DNA of 64,000 bases from an uncultured bacterium (GTDB lineage: Bacteria; Omnitrophota; Gorgyraeia; Zapsychrales; Aceulaceae). The position numbers and the translations under genes are program-made. Positions 30,431 to 41,011 of the stretch are shown here, one piece after another. Where the stretch lies: positions 161,360-225,359 of the forward strand of contig CALGLP010000022.1 in assembly GCA_937930175.1 (NCBI GenBank). Direction: 5' to 3'. Within the stretch, counting starts at the first letter, position 1. Each line of letters starts with the position of its first letter. Below the pieces are notes generated by a model, which saw only the letters and a program-made list of their open reading frames with translations, did no database searches and was not told the origin of the DNA.

Positions 30431-32449
30431 ATGCACAAGGGAAAGATTTTTTGTTGGGTCGTTATTTTTCTGGGGTGCGTAAGCGTCGTGTTTGCCCAAA
30501 GTCATAGCCTAGATTTAGGGGAGATTAGTATCCTTGCTACACGCACAGGCATGATGGTTTCGGATGTGAGCCAAGGATTGACGGTCATTACACAAGAGGA
30601 TATCCAAAAATCAACGGCGACTTCTTTGGTCGATGTGATTGCTGCGCAAAGCGGTATTTTTGTCACAAATTATACAGGAAATCCTAAGGGAGTCAAGGTG
30701 GACGTCCGTGGGTTTGGCGAAGCAAGCGTCTCTAACCTTCTTGTCTTGGTGGATGGCCGGCGTACAAATCAAGCGGATCTCTCTGGCGTAGATTGGGGAC
30801 AGCTTCATTTAGGAAGTGTTGAGCGTATTGAAATCCTTAAAGGCCCATCAACTGTTCTTTACGGTGATAATGCCACCGCAGGCGTTATTAATATTGTGAC
30901 AAAAAAAGGATATCAATCCAAAGAAGCGCCGATCAAGGTAGGGGTTGAAGGAGGCAGCTTTAATTATCAGAAGGCCTTTGTTTCAGCGCAAGGAACGGCC
31001 AAGACCGTTGATTATTTTTTTGATGTTGCGCATCAATCAAAGGATGGTTATCGCGTTAACAGTGATTATTGGGCTAATGATTTCTTGGGAAATATTAAGG
31101 CAAGCCTTACGGATCAATCCTCTGTTGATTTCTCAAGTGGTTATCATCGTGACCATTATGGTATGCCAGGCGCTCTTTTTGATTCAGATATTCTTACCCT
31201 TGGGCGAAGGGGTAGCAAATACCCGGAAGATCAGGGATGGACCTCGGATGTTTTTGTCAACGTGGATCCCAAGATCCTTTTTTCGATCAATGATCAGGAG
31301 GCAGAGCTTTCTGGGTTTATATCGTATCGTAAACGATTTAATAAATCTTTAAGCGTGTCACCGTTTGGGCGTTATGAAACAGCCCATGAAATTAATTCAT
31401 TTGAATGGCGTCCTAAGCTTTCCCTGGAGGGTTCGATGGGAGAATGGTGGAAAAATAATTTGACCACGGGGGTCGATTATTTTTATGCCGATGATCATGT
31501 GCGAAGCGGGAACCAGGCCTTGGCTCAAGATGTTGTTAGTATTGTTAAACAGACCTTGGGGGTTTATGCGCTAGAGCGCATGGAATACAAGGAAAGGTTT
31601 CTGGTTAATATCGGGGGTCGTGCGATCTGGGCGGATTATAATTTCGATCAGACCCAGGTTGTTGCTAACACCGAAGAAAAAAAGATAGCTGATGGCGCCC
31701 TGAATGCCGGGGTAGGATATAAATATGGCAAGAATTCTCAAGTGTATTTTGACTATGCCCGCGCTTTTCGTTTGCCTGCCACCGATGAGTATTATCAAAA
31801 CAAATACGAGAGTCTTTGGGGGAGCGGCGGAGGGCTCAATACGGATCTTAAACATCAGGTTTCGCATAATTATGAACTGGGGATACGTGATTTTTCTTTG
31901 CCTTGGCTTAAAACTGATATGAATTTATTTTTGATGGATGTTAAAAATGAGATTTATTATGATCCGATCACGTATAAAAATGCAAATTATAGCCCAATGA
32001 CGCGTCATTGGGGTTTTGAGCTTGAAGGCAAGGCGCAAGTTTTTAGGAATACGCTTGAGCCTTTTATCAATTGGACATGGCAGGATGCTTTTTTTAAAGG
32101 GGGAGAATATGGCGGACACAAGGTTCCTTTTGTGCCGCAGAACAAGATTTCTTCGGGTGTGAGTGTTAACGTTTGCCGTGACCTAAAGACAACTTTTTCG
32201 GTGAATTATGTTGGAAAAAGTTTTGCCATCAGCGATCAAGCCAATGCCCAGGCGAAATTGAATTCTTACGTGACTTTTGATTTTAAGATAGACTACAGCT
32301 ATAAAGGGGCCAAGATGTGGTTTGGCGTTAAGAATATGTTTGATTGCCATTATGAGGCTTATGGTGTATATTCCTCAGGCGCTGATAAGGTAGGGTTTTA
32401 TCCTGCGGAAGTGCGTAGCTTTCTGGCGGGGATGAGCTATGAATTTTAG
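30431..32449 (+). CDS. btuB: TonB-dependent outer-membrane receptor, BtuB-like (cobalamin uptake inferred from riboswitch)
   Basis: Signal peptide and plug-domain motifs (LTVITQEDI, VDGRRTNQ). C-terminal beta-barrel ending in ...SYEF. Start set at ATG 30431 downstream of the riboswitch terminator. Confidence 0.8.
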   Translation: MHKGKIFCWVVIFLGCVSVVFAQSHSLDLGEISILATRTGMMVSDVSQGLTVITQEDIQKSTATSLVDVIAAQSGIFVTNYTGNPKGVKVDVRGFGEASVSNLLVLVDGRRTNQADLSGVDWGQLHLGSVERIEILKGPSTVLYGDNATAGVINIVTKKGYQSKEAPIKVGVEGGSFNYQKAFVSAQGTAKTVDYFFDVAHQSKDGYRVNSDYWANDFLGNIKASLTDQSSVDFSSGYHRDHYGMPGALFDSDILTLGRRGSKYPEDQGWTSDVFVNVDPKILFSINDQEAELSGFISYRKRFNKSLSVSPFGRYETAHEINSFEWRPKLSLEGSMGEWWKNNLTTGVDYFYADDHVRSGNQALAQDVVSIVKQTLGVYALERMEYKERFLVNIGGRAIWADYNFDQTQVVANTEEKKIADGALNAGVGYKYGKNSQVYFDYARAFRLPATDEYYQNKYESLWGSGGGLNTDLKHQVSHNYELGIRDFSLPWLKTDMNLFLMDVKNEIYYDPITYKNANYSPMTRHWGFELEGKAQVFRNTLEPFINWTWQDAFFKGGEYGGHKVPFVPQNKISSGVSVNVCRDLKTTFSVNYVGKSFAISDQANAQAKLNSYVTFDFKIDYSYKGAKMWFGVKNMFDCHYEAYGVYSSGADKVGFYPAEVRSFLAGMSYEF

Positions 32450-32482
32450 AGTATTGTTAGAAAAAGGAGTGTCTTTTTTTGT

Positions 32483-32513
32483 GGGCTGCCTGATCCTCAG
32501 GCAGCCCTTTTTT
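32483..32513 (+). terminator. Rho-independent terminator
   Basis: GGGCTGCCTGA-TCC-TCAGGCAGCCC followed by TTTTTT. Confidence 0.85.
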
Positions 32514-32617
32514 AGTAATTTTTCTTTCAATTCCTCCGTTGCAAAAGTTTTCGAATTTGTTATAATGACTGCAACTTCATATCAAAAGTATATTTATTAA
32601 AGAAAGGTCACCTTCCC

Positions 32618-34726
32618 ATGTCACTTAAAGATCTCTTTCATTTTAATCAGAAGAATTCTTATGATCAAAATCACACCAAAGATCTAGGCGCTGTTTTTAA
32701 GCCTAAGGGGATTGCCGTTGTTGGTGCCTCGTCGAAGCCGGGTAAGGTCGGGTATCAGATCCTTAAGAATATTATTGATTGCGGCTATGAGGGCAATATT
32801 TATCCGGTTAATCCTAAGGATGAAGAAGTTTTAGGACGAAAAGCGTACAAAACGGTTGAGGAAATTCCTGGTGAGGTTGATACGGCGATCATTTCGATTC
32901 CAGCACCCTTGGTTATCCAAACGCTAGAAGGTTGTGCGCGTAAAGGTGTTAAAGGTGTTGCGGTGATCACCTCTGGCTTTGGCGAAGTTGGCAATATGGA
33001 TGAAGAGCTGCAGCTTAAGAAGATTGCGGATAAGCATAATATCGCGCTTTTAGGTCCGAACATGTTTGGTTATGTTTATACCCCTTCTAAACTTAACGCG
33101 AGTTTTGGCCCAGCTGATATTCGTCCTGGAAAGATCGCGTTTATTTCTCAAAGCGGCGCTTTGGCGATTTCGTTGATGGGCTGGACCGCCATGGAAAAAA
33201 TTGGCTTAGCATCGTTGGTCAATCTTGGCAACAAATCAGATATTGATGAGAAAGATCTGATCGATTATTTCAATAATGATGAAAATGTGGATGCTATCTT
33301 AATTTATATGGAAGGCATTAAAGAGGGTAGAAAGTTTCTAGAAACAGAGATTAAAAAGCCGGTTGTTATTTTAAAGGTGGGATCCTCTAATCGTGGCGCC
33401 AAAGCGGCTGCTTCGCATACGGGATCTTTGTCAGGATCAGATAAGATTTATGAAGGAGTTTTTAAACAATTAGGCCTTTTGCGAGCGAGTACGTTTACGC
33501 AGGCTTTTGATTGGGCCAGAGCTTTTTCTCTGCCGCTTCCTAAGGGTGATGAAACGATTATTATTACCAACGGCGGAGGCATTGGCGTTGCGACGACGGA
33601 CGAATGCGAAACTGCAGGGATGATTCTTCTTGATGATGCAGCCTGGCTTGAGGAAAAGTTTAGAAAAACCATGCCGGATTTTGGCAGCACAAAGAATCCT
33701 GTGGATATTACGGGGCAGGGAGGCGTTGTCGGTTATCGCGAGGCAACGAAAATCGCTTTTCATGAGGACAAGATTAAGTCCGTGATCATTCTTTATTGCG
33801 AAACGGCGGTGACTGATCCTATGGATATTGCGAAAGCGGTTCAAGAGGAATATAAGGCTGTCGGTCGCAATAAGCCTGTTGTTGTTGCCATGGTTGGTGG
33901 TCATCGCACACAGGAAGCTTTGCATTATCTTAATGATCATCATATTCCAGCTTTTACTGAGGTTAGCGAAGCCGTTTCTGCGCTCAAAGCCCTTTATAAG
34001 TGGAGAGAAATTTCAGGACGCAAGAAAGAGATCGCCAAGATTGATCCTGCGCCTCAAGAAGTGATCGACATCATTGATAAAATTAAAGCTGCGGGTCGAA
34101 CTATTTTGCTTGAGCATGAAGCGCGCAAGGTTCTTGAACTTTGTGGCGTTCCCACGCCCAAGTGGGGATTTGCCCGCAATATTGAAGAAGCTGTCGTGAA
34201 AGCCAAGGACATGTATCCTTTAGCGATGAAAATTGCTTCTCCAGAGATTATTCATAAGTCCGATGTCGGCGGGGTTGCTGTTAATATTCAGAGCGAAGAA
34301 CAGCTACGGACACAATTTGACAAAATGATGAACAAGGTTTCCGCAGCCGTTCCTGATGCCAATATCCTTGGGGTGAACTTGATCCAGATGATGAAGGGGA
34401 TTGAGTGTATCGTGGGTTTAAGTAATGATCCTCAATTTGGACCTGTGGTGATGTTTGGTTTAGGAGGTGTTTTTGTGGAGGCCTTAAAAGATGTATCTTT
34501 TCGTATTGTTCCGTTTGGTAAGATGGAGGCCGGGCGGCTTATCAATGATATTAAGACAGCAAAGATCCTTGATGGGTTTCGTGGGATTCAAGCGGATAAG
34601 GCATCAATTGTGCAGACGATTTACTCGATTCAGAAGCTGGCCCCGTTGGTCAAAGAAATTGACATCAATCCTCTTATTACGAACAAAGATGGAAGCTTTG
34701 CCGTCGATGCAAGGATTATTCTTTAG
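32618..34726 (+). CDS. acd: Acetate--CoA ligase (ADP-forming) / NDP-forming acyl-CoA synthetase, fused alpha-beta
   Basis: N-terminal CoA-binding GIAVVGAS..GKVG. Succinyl-CoA-synthetase-like flavodoxin domain. C-terminal ATP-grasp. Upstream promoter TTGCAA-17-TTATAAT. Confidence 0.85.
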   Translation: MSLKDLFHFNQKNSYDQNHTKDLGAVFKPKGIAVVGASSKPGKVGYQILKNIIDCGYEGNIYPVNPKDEEVLGRKAYKTVEEIPGEVDTAIISIPAPLVIQTLEGCARKGVKGVAVITSGFGEVGNMDEELQLKKIADKHNIALLGPNMFGYVYTPSKLNASFGPADIRPGKIAFISQSGALAISLMGWTAMEKIGLASLVNLGNKSDIDEKDLIDYFNNDENVDAILIYMEGIKEGRKFLETEIKKPVVILKVGSSNRGAKAAASHTGSLSGSDKIYEGVFKQLGLLRASTFTQAFDWARAFSLPLPKGDETIIITNGGGIGVATTDECETAGMILLDDAAWLEEKFRKTMPDFGSTKNPVDITGQGGVVGYREATKIAFHEDKIKSVIILYCETAVTDPMDIAKAVQEEYKAVGRNKPVVVAMVGGHRTQEALHYLNDHHIPAFTEVSEAVSALKALYKWREISGRKKEIAKIDPAPQEVIDIIDKIKAAGRTILLEHEARKVLELCGVPTPKWGFARNIEEAVVKAKDMYPLAMKIASPEIIHKSDVGGVAVNIQSEEQLRTQFDKMMNKVSAAVPDANILGVNLIQMMKGIECIVGLSNDPQFGPVVMFGLGGVFVEALKDVSFRIVPFGKMEAGRLINDIKTAKILDGFRGIQADKASIVQTIYSIQKLAPLVKEIDINPLITNKDGSFAVDARIIL

Positions 34727-34905
34727 CGTTTTGCTTGCTAGCTTTTGGGATGCAGCAGGGGCTTAAAAGAAGTGCTTTTTTCGAAGAATCTTTATTGACA
34801 AAATTTGTTTCGCAGGGTAATGTTATAAAAGGTTAAGTTTATCGAGAAGAAAAGACAGATTGTTCTTTGATTCTCAAAATCTTTTTAAAAAGGTAGGTAG
34901 TCAGA

Positions 34906-35108
34906 TGGTAAAAGGTAAAGTCAAGTGGTTTAATGCAAAAAAGGGTTATGGGTTTATTGCAGCGGATAGCGGTGAAGACGTGTTCGTTCACTTTAGCGAA
35001 ATTCAACAGGAGTCTGGGTATAAGGCACTTGATGAAGGCCAAGCCGTTGAATTTGAGATGGTTAATGATGATAAAGGACTTAAAGCTAAGAACGTTGTCA
35101 AGGCTTAA
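34906..35108 (+). CDS. Cold-shock protein CspA family
   Basis: [26 protein letters not shown]. Promoter TTGACA-17-TAATGT upstream. Confidence 0.9.
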
Positions 35109-35134
35109 AGCATATAGTAGGTGATAATCATAGA

Positions 35135-35170
35135 AAAAGGGCTAGCAGATTCTGCTAGCCCTTTTTCTTT
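35135..35170. terminator. Bidirectional rho-independent terminator (csp / hydA convergent)
   Basis: AAAAGGGCTAGCAGA/TCTGCTAGCCCTTTT perfect stem with A and T tracts on either side. Confidence 0.85.
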
Positions 35171-35190
35171 ATTTTAAGATTCTTTTATAG

Positions 35191-36963
35191 TTATTTTAAG
35201 TATGATTTTCGTGCAATGTAGCTGGTGTGGAGAAGGTGATGGGATTTTTCAGAAAGCGGTTTGCCAAGAAACTCATCGTAAAGTTTCTGGATATAAGGAT
35301 TGTCATGGCAGCAGCGCACTTTCTGGTCACGATCATCTTGATAAAGCCCTTGGGCGCGTTTGATGCGTAAGTCGTCGGTAACTCCGTAGGGTTGTCCGCC
35401 TCCGGCCACGCAACCTCCAGAGCAAGCCATTACTTCAATAAAATGATACGGCATGTCTTGGCCATTCTTTTTAGCCTCAAGAACTTTGTTCATCACGTAA
35501 CCAACATTTCCTAAGCCATGCGCAACCGCTACTTTGACTTGTGTGCCTTTGATGTTGATCGTTCCCTCCTTGACTCCTTGAAGTCCGCGGACCATGTCGA
35601 TCTCAACATTTTTTAAGTTTTCTTGGGTGATCATGTTGTAGGCTGTTCGCAGAGCTGCTTCCATAACGCCGCCCGTGGTCCCGAAGATGGTTCCACCGCC
35701 AGCATAATCTCCTAAGATGTGATCAGGCTCTTCATCGGGTAAATTTTTAAAGTCAATTCCCGCCTGGCGGATCATGCGCGCAAGTTCACGCGTTGTGAGG
35801 GACAAGTCGACATCTTGCTGTCCGGAAGAGAACATTTCTTTGGATCGTATAATCTCGAATTTCTTGGCCGTGCAAGGCATGATCGAGACAACGAAAATAC
35901 GTTTGGGATCAATTTTGTTTTTTTCAGCAAAATATGTCTTAGCAAGGGCTCCGACCATTTCGTGAGGCGATTTACACGAGGAGAAAAATTCAATAGCGCC
36001 GTGGATATACTTTTCCATAAAATCGACCCAGGATGGGCAGCAGCTTGTGATCAAGGGCAAGGGCCCTTTTTTGTGAACAAAGCGTTGAACAAACTCTGTG
36101 GCCTCTTCGATGATGGTAACATCGGCACCAAAGTTTGTATCAAAGACAGCTTTAAAGCCAAGTCGGCGTAGGACAGCGTAAAGTTTTTTGGTTAAATTGG
36201 TTCCAATCGGATAGCCAAAGCTTTCTCCAATAGCGACGCGAACCGCAGGTGCAATCTGTGCAACGCAATAATTGTTTTCATCACGTAGCTTCGCCCATGT
36301 TGATTCGGTTTGGTCGTATTCGAAGATAGCGCCGGTAGGGCAGTGGGCAGAGCATTGGCCGCAGCGAACACACGGCGAGTCTGCTAAATTGATGTTGGCG
36401 GTTTCGAGGTCTCCTGCAGGGGCAATGCGCATATGGATACCGCGTCCTAAGAATCCTAACGCCCAGACATCTTGAATTTGTTGACAGACTTCAACACAAC
36501 GGCCGCATTTGATACATTTGGCAGGTTCCAAGACGATGCTTTTTGTTGAGATATCTTTTGTTTTGTTCTTGATAACTTTCTCAAAAAGTTCTTCTTGGAT
36601 TGCAAAGTCTGCGGTGAGTTTTTGGAGTTCACAATAATAGCTTCGTCCGCACTGAAGACAATCGTTGGGATGGTTGGATAAAATAAGCTCCAGAACGGTT
36701 TTGCGGACTTCAACGATTTCCGGATCATGGGTGATGATCTCCATGCCATCTTCAAGCGTGGTACAGCAAGAACGGAGAAGTTTTTTAGAGCCTTTAATTT
36801 TGACAATACATAGGCCGCACGCCGCTGTGGCGGGAAGGTCCGGATGTTTACAGAGGGTGGGGATTCTGATGTGAGCTTGTTTTGCAGCATCGAGAATGCT
36901 CAAACCCGCTGGGACGCGAACATTTTTATCATTAATTTTAGCTTTGATTGTTTTTGCTTGCAT
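35191..36963 (-). CDS. hydA: [FeFe]-hydrogenase catalytic subunit (HydA/HndD-like, multimeric NAD(P)-linked type)
   Basis: H-cluster motifs TSCCPSW, MPCTAKKFE and EVMACSGGCVAGGGQP. N-terminal 2Fe-2S domain and two 4Fe-4S ferredoxin motifs. Confidence 0.9.
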   Translation of the reverse strand: MQAKTIKAKINDKNVRVPAGLSILDAAKQAHIRIPTLCKHPDLPATAACGLCIVKIKGSKKLLRSCCTTLEDGMEIITHDPEIVEVRKTVLELILSNHPNDCLQCGRSYYCELQKLTADFAIQEELFEKVIKNKTKDISTKSIVLEPAKCIKCGRCVEVCQQIQDVWALGFLGRGIHMRIAPAGDLETANINLADSPCVRCGQCSAHCPTGAIFEYDQTESTWAKLRDENNYCVAQIAPAVRVAIGESFGYPIGTNLTKKLYAVLRRLGFKAVFDTNFGADVTIIEEATEFVQRFVHKKGPLPLITSCCPSWVDFMEKYIHGAIEFFSSCKSPHEMVGALAKTYFAEKNKIDPKRIFVVSIMPCTAKKFEIIRSKEMFSSGQQDVDLSLTTRELARMIRQAGIDFKNLPDEEPDHILGDYAGGGTIFGTTGGVMEAALRTAYNMITQENLKNVEIDMVRGLQGVKEGTINIKGTQVKVAVAHGLGNVGYVMNKVLEAKKNGQDMPYHFIEVMACSGGCVAGGGQPYGVTDDLRIKRAQGLYQDDRDQKVRCCHDNPYIQKLYDEFLGKPLSEKSHHLLHTSYIARKSYLK

Positions 36964-36965
36964 GA

Positions 36966-38762
36966 TTAACCTCGTGTGATCGCTTTAAATTTACATCGTT
37001 CGAAACATAGGCCGCATTTGATACATTTGGTGTGATCAATGAGATAGCCTTTTTCGCGGTCTCCGGAGATGGCTCCCACAGGGCATGCCTTGGCACAAAG
37101 ACCGCATTTAATACATTTTTCTATGAGAATGTCGAATTTGAGTAAATGACTACATTTGTGGGCGCGGCATTTATGATTTTGAATGTGCTCGGTATATTCC
37201 TCTGTAAAATATTTCATCGTTGATAAAACAGGGTTGCTTGCCGTTTGCCCTAGGCCGCATAGCGATGCCTTTTGCATGGCCTGGGATATCCTTGAAAGTT
37301 TATCAAGGTGGTCCATGGATCCATTGCCGTTGGTGATTTTTTCAAGGAGATGAAGCAGCTGATAGCCTCCAATGCGGCAGGGTGCGCATTTGCCACAAGA
37401 TTCATCAACAGAAAATTGTAAATAAAACTTTGTAATGTCCACAATACAATCATCTTCATCCATGACGATCATGCCGCCAGATCCCATCATCGAGCCAATG
37501 GCAATTAGGTTGTCATAATCGATGGGGGTGTCTAAGAATTGCGCGGGGATGACGCCTCCTGAAGGGCCTCCGGTTTGTGCAGCTTTGAATTGTTTGCCAT
37601 CTTTGATCCCGCCACCGATATCAAAGATGATCTCTCGCAGGGTTGTTCCCATGGGGACTTCGATAAGGCCAGAGTTGTTGATTTTTCCTGTTAAGGCAAA
37701 GACCTTTGTGCCTTTTGACTTTTCGGTCCCTATTTTAGCAAACCATGCGGCACCTCTTAAGATGATGACGGGGATGTTGGCCCAGGTCTCAACATTATTG
37801 ATAACAGTTGGTTTACCCCAAAGTCCTTTGACCGCAGGAAAAGGAGGTCGAGGCCGTGGCATGCCACGTTCACCTTCAAGAGAGGCTAAGAGCGCTGTTT
37901 CTTCGCCGCAAACAAAGGCGCCAGCTCCTAATCGGATTTCAATGTCAAAGCTAAAGGAACTTCCTAAGAGATTTTCACCTAAGAGTCCATAATCACGGGC
38001 TTGCGCTATGGCGATGTTGAGTCGCTCGATGGCGAGCGGGTATTCTGCGCGAATATAAATAAAGCCTTTGTTGGCATTAACCGCATAACCGGCAATGGTC
38101 ATTGCTTCGAGGATGGAGTGGGGGTCACCTTCAAGCGTGCTTCTGTCCATATAGGCTCCAGGATCGCCTTCGTCCGCGTTGCAGACAATATATTTGATGT
38201 CGCTAGGAGCTTTTTTTGTGAATGACCATTTCATGCCTGTTGGGAATCCTGCGCCACCGCGTCCGCGTAGGCCTGATTTGGTGACTTCCTCAATGACTTG
38301 GTCAGGGGTCATCTCAAAGAGGACTTTTTCAAGCGCCTTGTAGCCATCGCGGGCAATGTATTCATCGATTTTTTCAGGATCGATCACGCCGCAGTTTCTT
38401 AAGACAATGCGAAATTGTTTTTGATAGAAATCGATATTGGCCACGTCGGTCATAGGGTGGCGGCCTTTGTCGTCTTTGGGGTTGTACAAAAGACGCTTGA
38501 CCATTCGTCCTTTAATAATGTTTTCTTCGATGATCTCGCGAACATCTTCAGGCTTGAGTCGCACATAAAAGGCATTGTCGGGTAAGACTTTAACAATGGG
38601 TCCTTGTTCGCAAAAGCCAAAACAACCTGTTTTAACAACTTGGACATCATTTTCAAGCTGATGGTCTTTGATTTCTTTCATGAAATGATCATGGATTTCG
38701 CGCGAGCGACTTGATTCGCAGGCCGTTCCAGAACAAATAAGAATATAATGTTTATAGGGCAT
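36966..38762 (-). CDS. hydB: NuoF-like NAD(P)H-binding flavoprotein subunit (HydB/HndC)
   Basis: N-terminal thioredoxin-like 2Fe-2S. NuoF FMN/NADH motifs (GRGGAGFPTG, ADEGDPGA). SLBB and C-terminal 2x4Fe-4S (CIKCGLC...). Confidence 0.9.
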   Translation of the reverse strand: MPYKHYILICSGTACESSRSREIHDHFMKEIKDHQLENDVQVVKTGCFGFCEQGPIVKVLPDNAFYVRLKPEDVREIIEENIIKGRMVKRLLYNPKDDKGRHPMTDVANIDFYQKQFRIVLRNCGVIDPEKIDEYIARDGYKALEKVLFEMTPDQVIEEVTKSGLRGRGGAGFPTGMKWSFTKKAPSDIKYIVCNADEGDPGAYMDRSTLEGDPHSILEAMTIAGYAVNANKGFIYIRAEYPLAIERLNIAIAQARDYGLLGENLLGSSFSFDIEIRLGAGAFVCGEETALLASLEGERGMPRPRPPFPAVKGLWGKPTVINNVETWANIPVIILRGAAWFAKIGTEKSKGTKVFALTGKINNSGLIEVPMGTTLREIIFDIGGGIKDGKQFKAAQTGGPSGGVIPAQFLDTPIDYDNLIAIGSMMGSGGMIVMDEDDCIVDITKFYLQFSVDESCGKCAPCRIGGYQLLHLLEKITNGNGSMDHLDKLSRISQAMQKASLCGLGQTASNPVLSTMKYFTEEYTEHIQNHKCRAHKCSHLLKFDILIEKCIKCGLCAKACPVGAISGDREKGYLIDHTKCIKCGLCFERCKFKAITRG

Positions 38763-38772
38763 AAAAACCTCG

Positions 38773-39162
38773 TTAATGTTTTACAATGTCAATAGAAGGT
38801 TTGTCTTGAATATGATCATCGAGTAGCGCTTTGTCGATAATATGTTTCTGGATAATCTTACGCGCAGTATCTTCTGTGACGTTTCCATAGAGAGTCGTTG
38901 GCATGTCGGGCATGAAGATCTCAACGGTCGGCTCAACATTGCAATTGCCCATACAGCCGGTTTGTTTAACCGCAATATTCTTAAGGTTACGTTTGTTGAG
39001 TTCATCGATGAAGGCATTTAAGGTTTTTTTGGCTCCTGCAGCAATTCCGCAAGTTCCCATGCCAACCACGATACGGGTATCTTGTTGGCTATCGCGCTTG
39101 TCCATGTCTATTTTGAGCGATTCGCGCATTTTTCGTAAATCATCAAGAGTAAGTTTGCTCAT
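38773..39162 (-). CDS. Small thioredoxin-like 2Fe-2S ferredoxin subunit (HndB/HydD-like)
   Basis: GMGTCGIAAGA...GCMGNCNVEP cluster-binding pattern. Sits between the ATPase and NuoF-like genes. Confidence 0.7.
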   Translation of the reverse strand: MSKLTLDDLRKMRESLKIDMDKRDSQQDTRIVVGMGTCGIAAGAKKTLNAFIDELNKRNLKNIAVKQTGCMGNCNVEPTVEIFMPDMPTTLYGNVTEDTARKIIQKHIIDKALLDDHIQDKPSIDIVKH

Positions 39163-39171
39163 AGTTATCTC

Positions 39172-39714
39172 CTAGAGATTGATAATGTCTTGTTCTAAGC
39201 TAATGAGATATTTCTGGGCTAGCATTAAGTTGCCAGCGCGAGAGAGATCTCCGAGTGTTTTTTTCAAATCATTACGAACAATAGTATATTTTTGTTCGCC
39301 GTATGATCGGTTGATGACCAATTCATGATTGCCATCAAAGATCATTAACTGCAACATTGTCTGCGGTACGTCGCCAAGCGGGGGAGTATCCACATGGGAT
39401 TTATGAAACGTAAAGGAAACTGATGTTCCAAAATCTTTTTCAGATCGAATATCCCAGGTGCCGCAACCCTGTTCTACGGCTTGCGCTAAGAACGATAATC
39501 CAAGGCCTTGCGTGCGTTTATGTTTTTTGCCATTGGTTATAAAAGGATCTTGCGCCTTGGCTAAGGTTTTGGGATCCATGCCTTTACCATTATCTGCGAC
39601 CAGAAACTTATATTTTTCCTTTGTTTCGATGACATCAACAACAATGAGCGTCGCTTCGGATTCAATAGAGTTTTGAACAATGTCGCTTAAAAAGTCACAG
39701 AGCGTTAAATGCAT
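39172..39714 (-). CDS. Histidine-kinase-like ATPase (HATPase_c only) associated with hydrogenase operon
   Basis: N-box-like IVQNSIES, DNGKGMD, GLGLS G-boxes. No HisKA or receiver domain. Confidence 0.65.
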   Translation of the reverse strand: MHLTLCDFLSDIVQNSIESEATLIVVDVIETKEKYKFLVADNGKGMDPKTLAKAQDPFITNGKKHKRTQGLGLSFLAQAVEQGCGTWDIRSEKDFGTSVSFTFHKSHVDTPPLGDVPQTMLQLMIFDGNHELVINRSYGEQKYTIVRNDLKKTLGDLSRAGNLMLAQKYLISLEQDIINL

Positions 39715-39716
39715 TG

Positions 39717-40189
39717 CTAATACTTAGAAAGAATTTCTGGAAGTTGGCTTTTGAGAAGCTTTCCGTAGACGGTTCCGTTGATGGACATGACGGGAGCGAG
39801 TCCACAGCAGCCTAAGCAGCGTACAGCTTCAACCGAAAATTTTCCATCCGGGGTCATATCATTGAGGCCTACTCCTAAGATGGTTTCAAGCTCTTTGATG
39901 ATGTCTTCGCCGCCCTTAAGATAACAGGCTGTTCCCATGCAAACGGCAATAATGTTTTTTCCTCGTTTTTCTAATTTAAAGTAATGATAAAAAGTAATCA
40001 CGCCATAAATTTTGGCGAGAGGAACATCGAGAACTTCGGCGAGTTTGAAAGCAACATTGCGAGGAATAAAGCCATATTCTTCTTGGGCCTTGTGTAAGAT
40101 CATGATGAGATTGCCGGGCTTGTCTTTCCATTGAGCAATATAATCTAAAAGCCCAGGTGTGAGTTCAAGATTTTTGATCGTTTCCATTT
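39717..40189 (-). CDS. hydC: NuoE-like 2Fe-2S subunit (HydC/HndA)
   Basis: CMGTACYLKGGE...CLGCCGLAPV thioredoxin-like 2Fe-2S motifs. GGAGGA RBS on the minus strand. Start at ATG 40189. Confidence 0.85.
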
Positions 40190-40348
40190 TAAATCCTCCA
40201 GTGAGAAGCTTAAGAATAGGGCAAATTATAAAGGAAAGAGGGGAACTAATCAAGAGAAATCTTTTGTTACTATGAGAACTTTTAATTTGACATATTGATA
40301 TCTTATGTTACTATTGTGACATAAAAATAGAGAAAGGAGAGTGTTATT

Positions 40349-41011
40349 GTGACTGAAAGCAAGGAATTGATATCACGATTGCTCAAATATAAGAATGTTT
40401 TAACAAATTTCAAAAAACTTGGGATGGTCAAGATCTTTTCGGACAATCTTGGGGATGCTACGGGGTTGTCCTCGTCGCAGGTGCGTAAGGATTTTAGCGC
40501 CCTCAAGATCACCGGCAATAAGCGTGGCGGTTATGATGTTGATCATTTGGTTGTGCGGCTTAATCAAATCTTAGTTGGTGACCGTAAGCAGAAGGTGATC
40601 GTGGTCGGTTGTGGCAATATTGGCCGTGCCTTGATTGAATATAACGGATTTCATTGCGAGAGTCTAAAAATCGTTGCGGGGTTTGATATTAGCAAAGGGA
40701 AATGGGATCCTGAGGCTAAGGTGCCGATCTATCCATTAGAAAAAATGGAAGAGTATGTTAAGAAGAATCAGATCAAGGTTGGCGTTGTTGCTGTCCCTGA
40801 GAATGAGGCATCTTCGGTTTGCGACAAGATGATCGCCGCAGGTATTAAGGGTATTTTAAATTTTGCACGTGTTTATATTCGCGAGACCGAAGGGGCTGTG
40901 GTGGATACGGTTAACATTGAGCTCAAGATCGAGAATTTGTTTTATTTCGCCAATGCCCTAACCAAAGAACATGATTATTCTAAGATTAAGAGGCAACTCC
41001 ATGAAGATTGA
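40349..41011 (+). CDS. rex: Redox-sensing transcriptional repressor Rex
   Basis: Winged-helix N-terminus (ISRLLKYKNVL...ATGLSSSQVRKDFS) and Rossmann VIVVGCGNIGRAL. GTG start after AAGGAGAG. Confidence 0.85.
   Translation: MTESKELISRLLKYKNVLTNFKKLGMVKIFSDNLGDATGLSSSQVRKDFSALKITGNKRGGYDVDHLVVRLNQILVGDRKQKVIVVGCGNIGRALIEYNGFHCESLKIVAGFDISKGKWDPEAKVPIYPLEKMEEYVKKNQIKVGVVAVPENEASSVCDKMIAAGIKGILNFARVYIRETEGAVVDTVNIELKIENLFYFANALTKEHDYSKIKRQLHED

Noticed and set aside
37522-37992. 156-aa plus-strand ORF inside hydB
   Set aside because: Antisense to the NuoF-like subunit. Pro/Ser-rich translation typical of a reverse-frame artefact.
40297-40314. Calling a definite Rex operator in the divergent hydrogenase intergenic region
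   Set aside because: Only an imperfect 7-4-7 near-palindrome is present, not the 18-20 bp TTGTGAA-N6-TTCACAA consensus. Kept as a hypothesis in findings rather than a feature.
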